From a virus (lineage: Duplodnaviria; Caudoviricetes), in IMG/VR virus record IMGVR_UViG_2974644955_000001, positions 1-64,000 of that record: a stretch of DNA of 64,000 bases; one strand, 5' to 3'. Under the pieces are notes generated by a model. It saw only the letters and a list, made by a program, of their open reading frames with translations, ran no database searches and had not been told where the DNA came from. Positions 63,843 to 64,000 of this stretch are shown here, one piece after another (the first letter of the stretch is position 1; every line of letters starts with the position of its first letter). A program made the translations under genes and the position numbers.

Positions 63843-64000
63843 TTACCTCAAGATTTCCGAGAGTTCTTCATAACCCTGTACAGCAATATCTTTTTCTTGG
63901 CCACACTCAATCAAAGCATCACCAAGTCGGCCCATACGTATCTCATCTGAACCAATAGTAGAACCCCGGACAGTTTTGATCACGTCCGAAGGGTGTGGAC
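63843..64000 (-). CDS. 3' end of a gene, probably the o-spanin (Rz1-like); truncated by the window edge
   Basis: Open frame ...PHPSDVIKTVRGSTIGSDEIRMGRLGDALIECGQEKDIAVQGYEELSEILR*; in N4 the lysis genes precede the portal. Confidence 0.45.
   Translation of the reverse strand, partial: PHPSDVIKTVRGSTIGSDEIRMGRLGDALIECGQEKDIAVQGYEELSEILR

Overview
The window is most of the genome of an N4-like podovirus (Schitoviridae). It runs from the early region through both subunits of RNA polymerase II, the middle and replication genes, and a plus-strand tail-fibre module. It then crosses to the minus-strand late cluster: a 3760-aa virion RNA polymerase, ejection and structural proteins, major capsid protein and portal. 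The family call rests on the cysteine-free virion RNAP with T7-type catalytic motifs, the split RNAP II, a gp2-like protein and N4 gene order. An alphaproteobacterial host is an inference from the class II RNR, thioredoxin, a SleB domain and promoter style. The most striking observation is that the injected virion RNAP carries an inserted ADP-ribosyltransferase-like domain and an extra zincin protease domain. The same genome encodes a NADAR as the first gene after a virion-RNAP promoter, plus a DarG/TARG1-like macrodomain and a SLOG protein. Together these form a candidate virion-delivered ADP-ribose writer/eraser system. Other highlights are hairpin promoters with a GTTA tetraloop, a phosphoesterase plus Tad1/Acb2-like sponge operon, RBS-sequestering hairpins, an apparently permuted SleB domain and a candidate structured RNA after nrdJ. 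All family calls come from motif recognition by eye; no database search was run. No tRNA, rRNA, CRISPR array, intron or intein was recognised.
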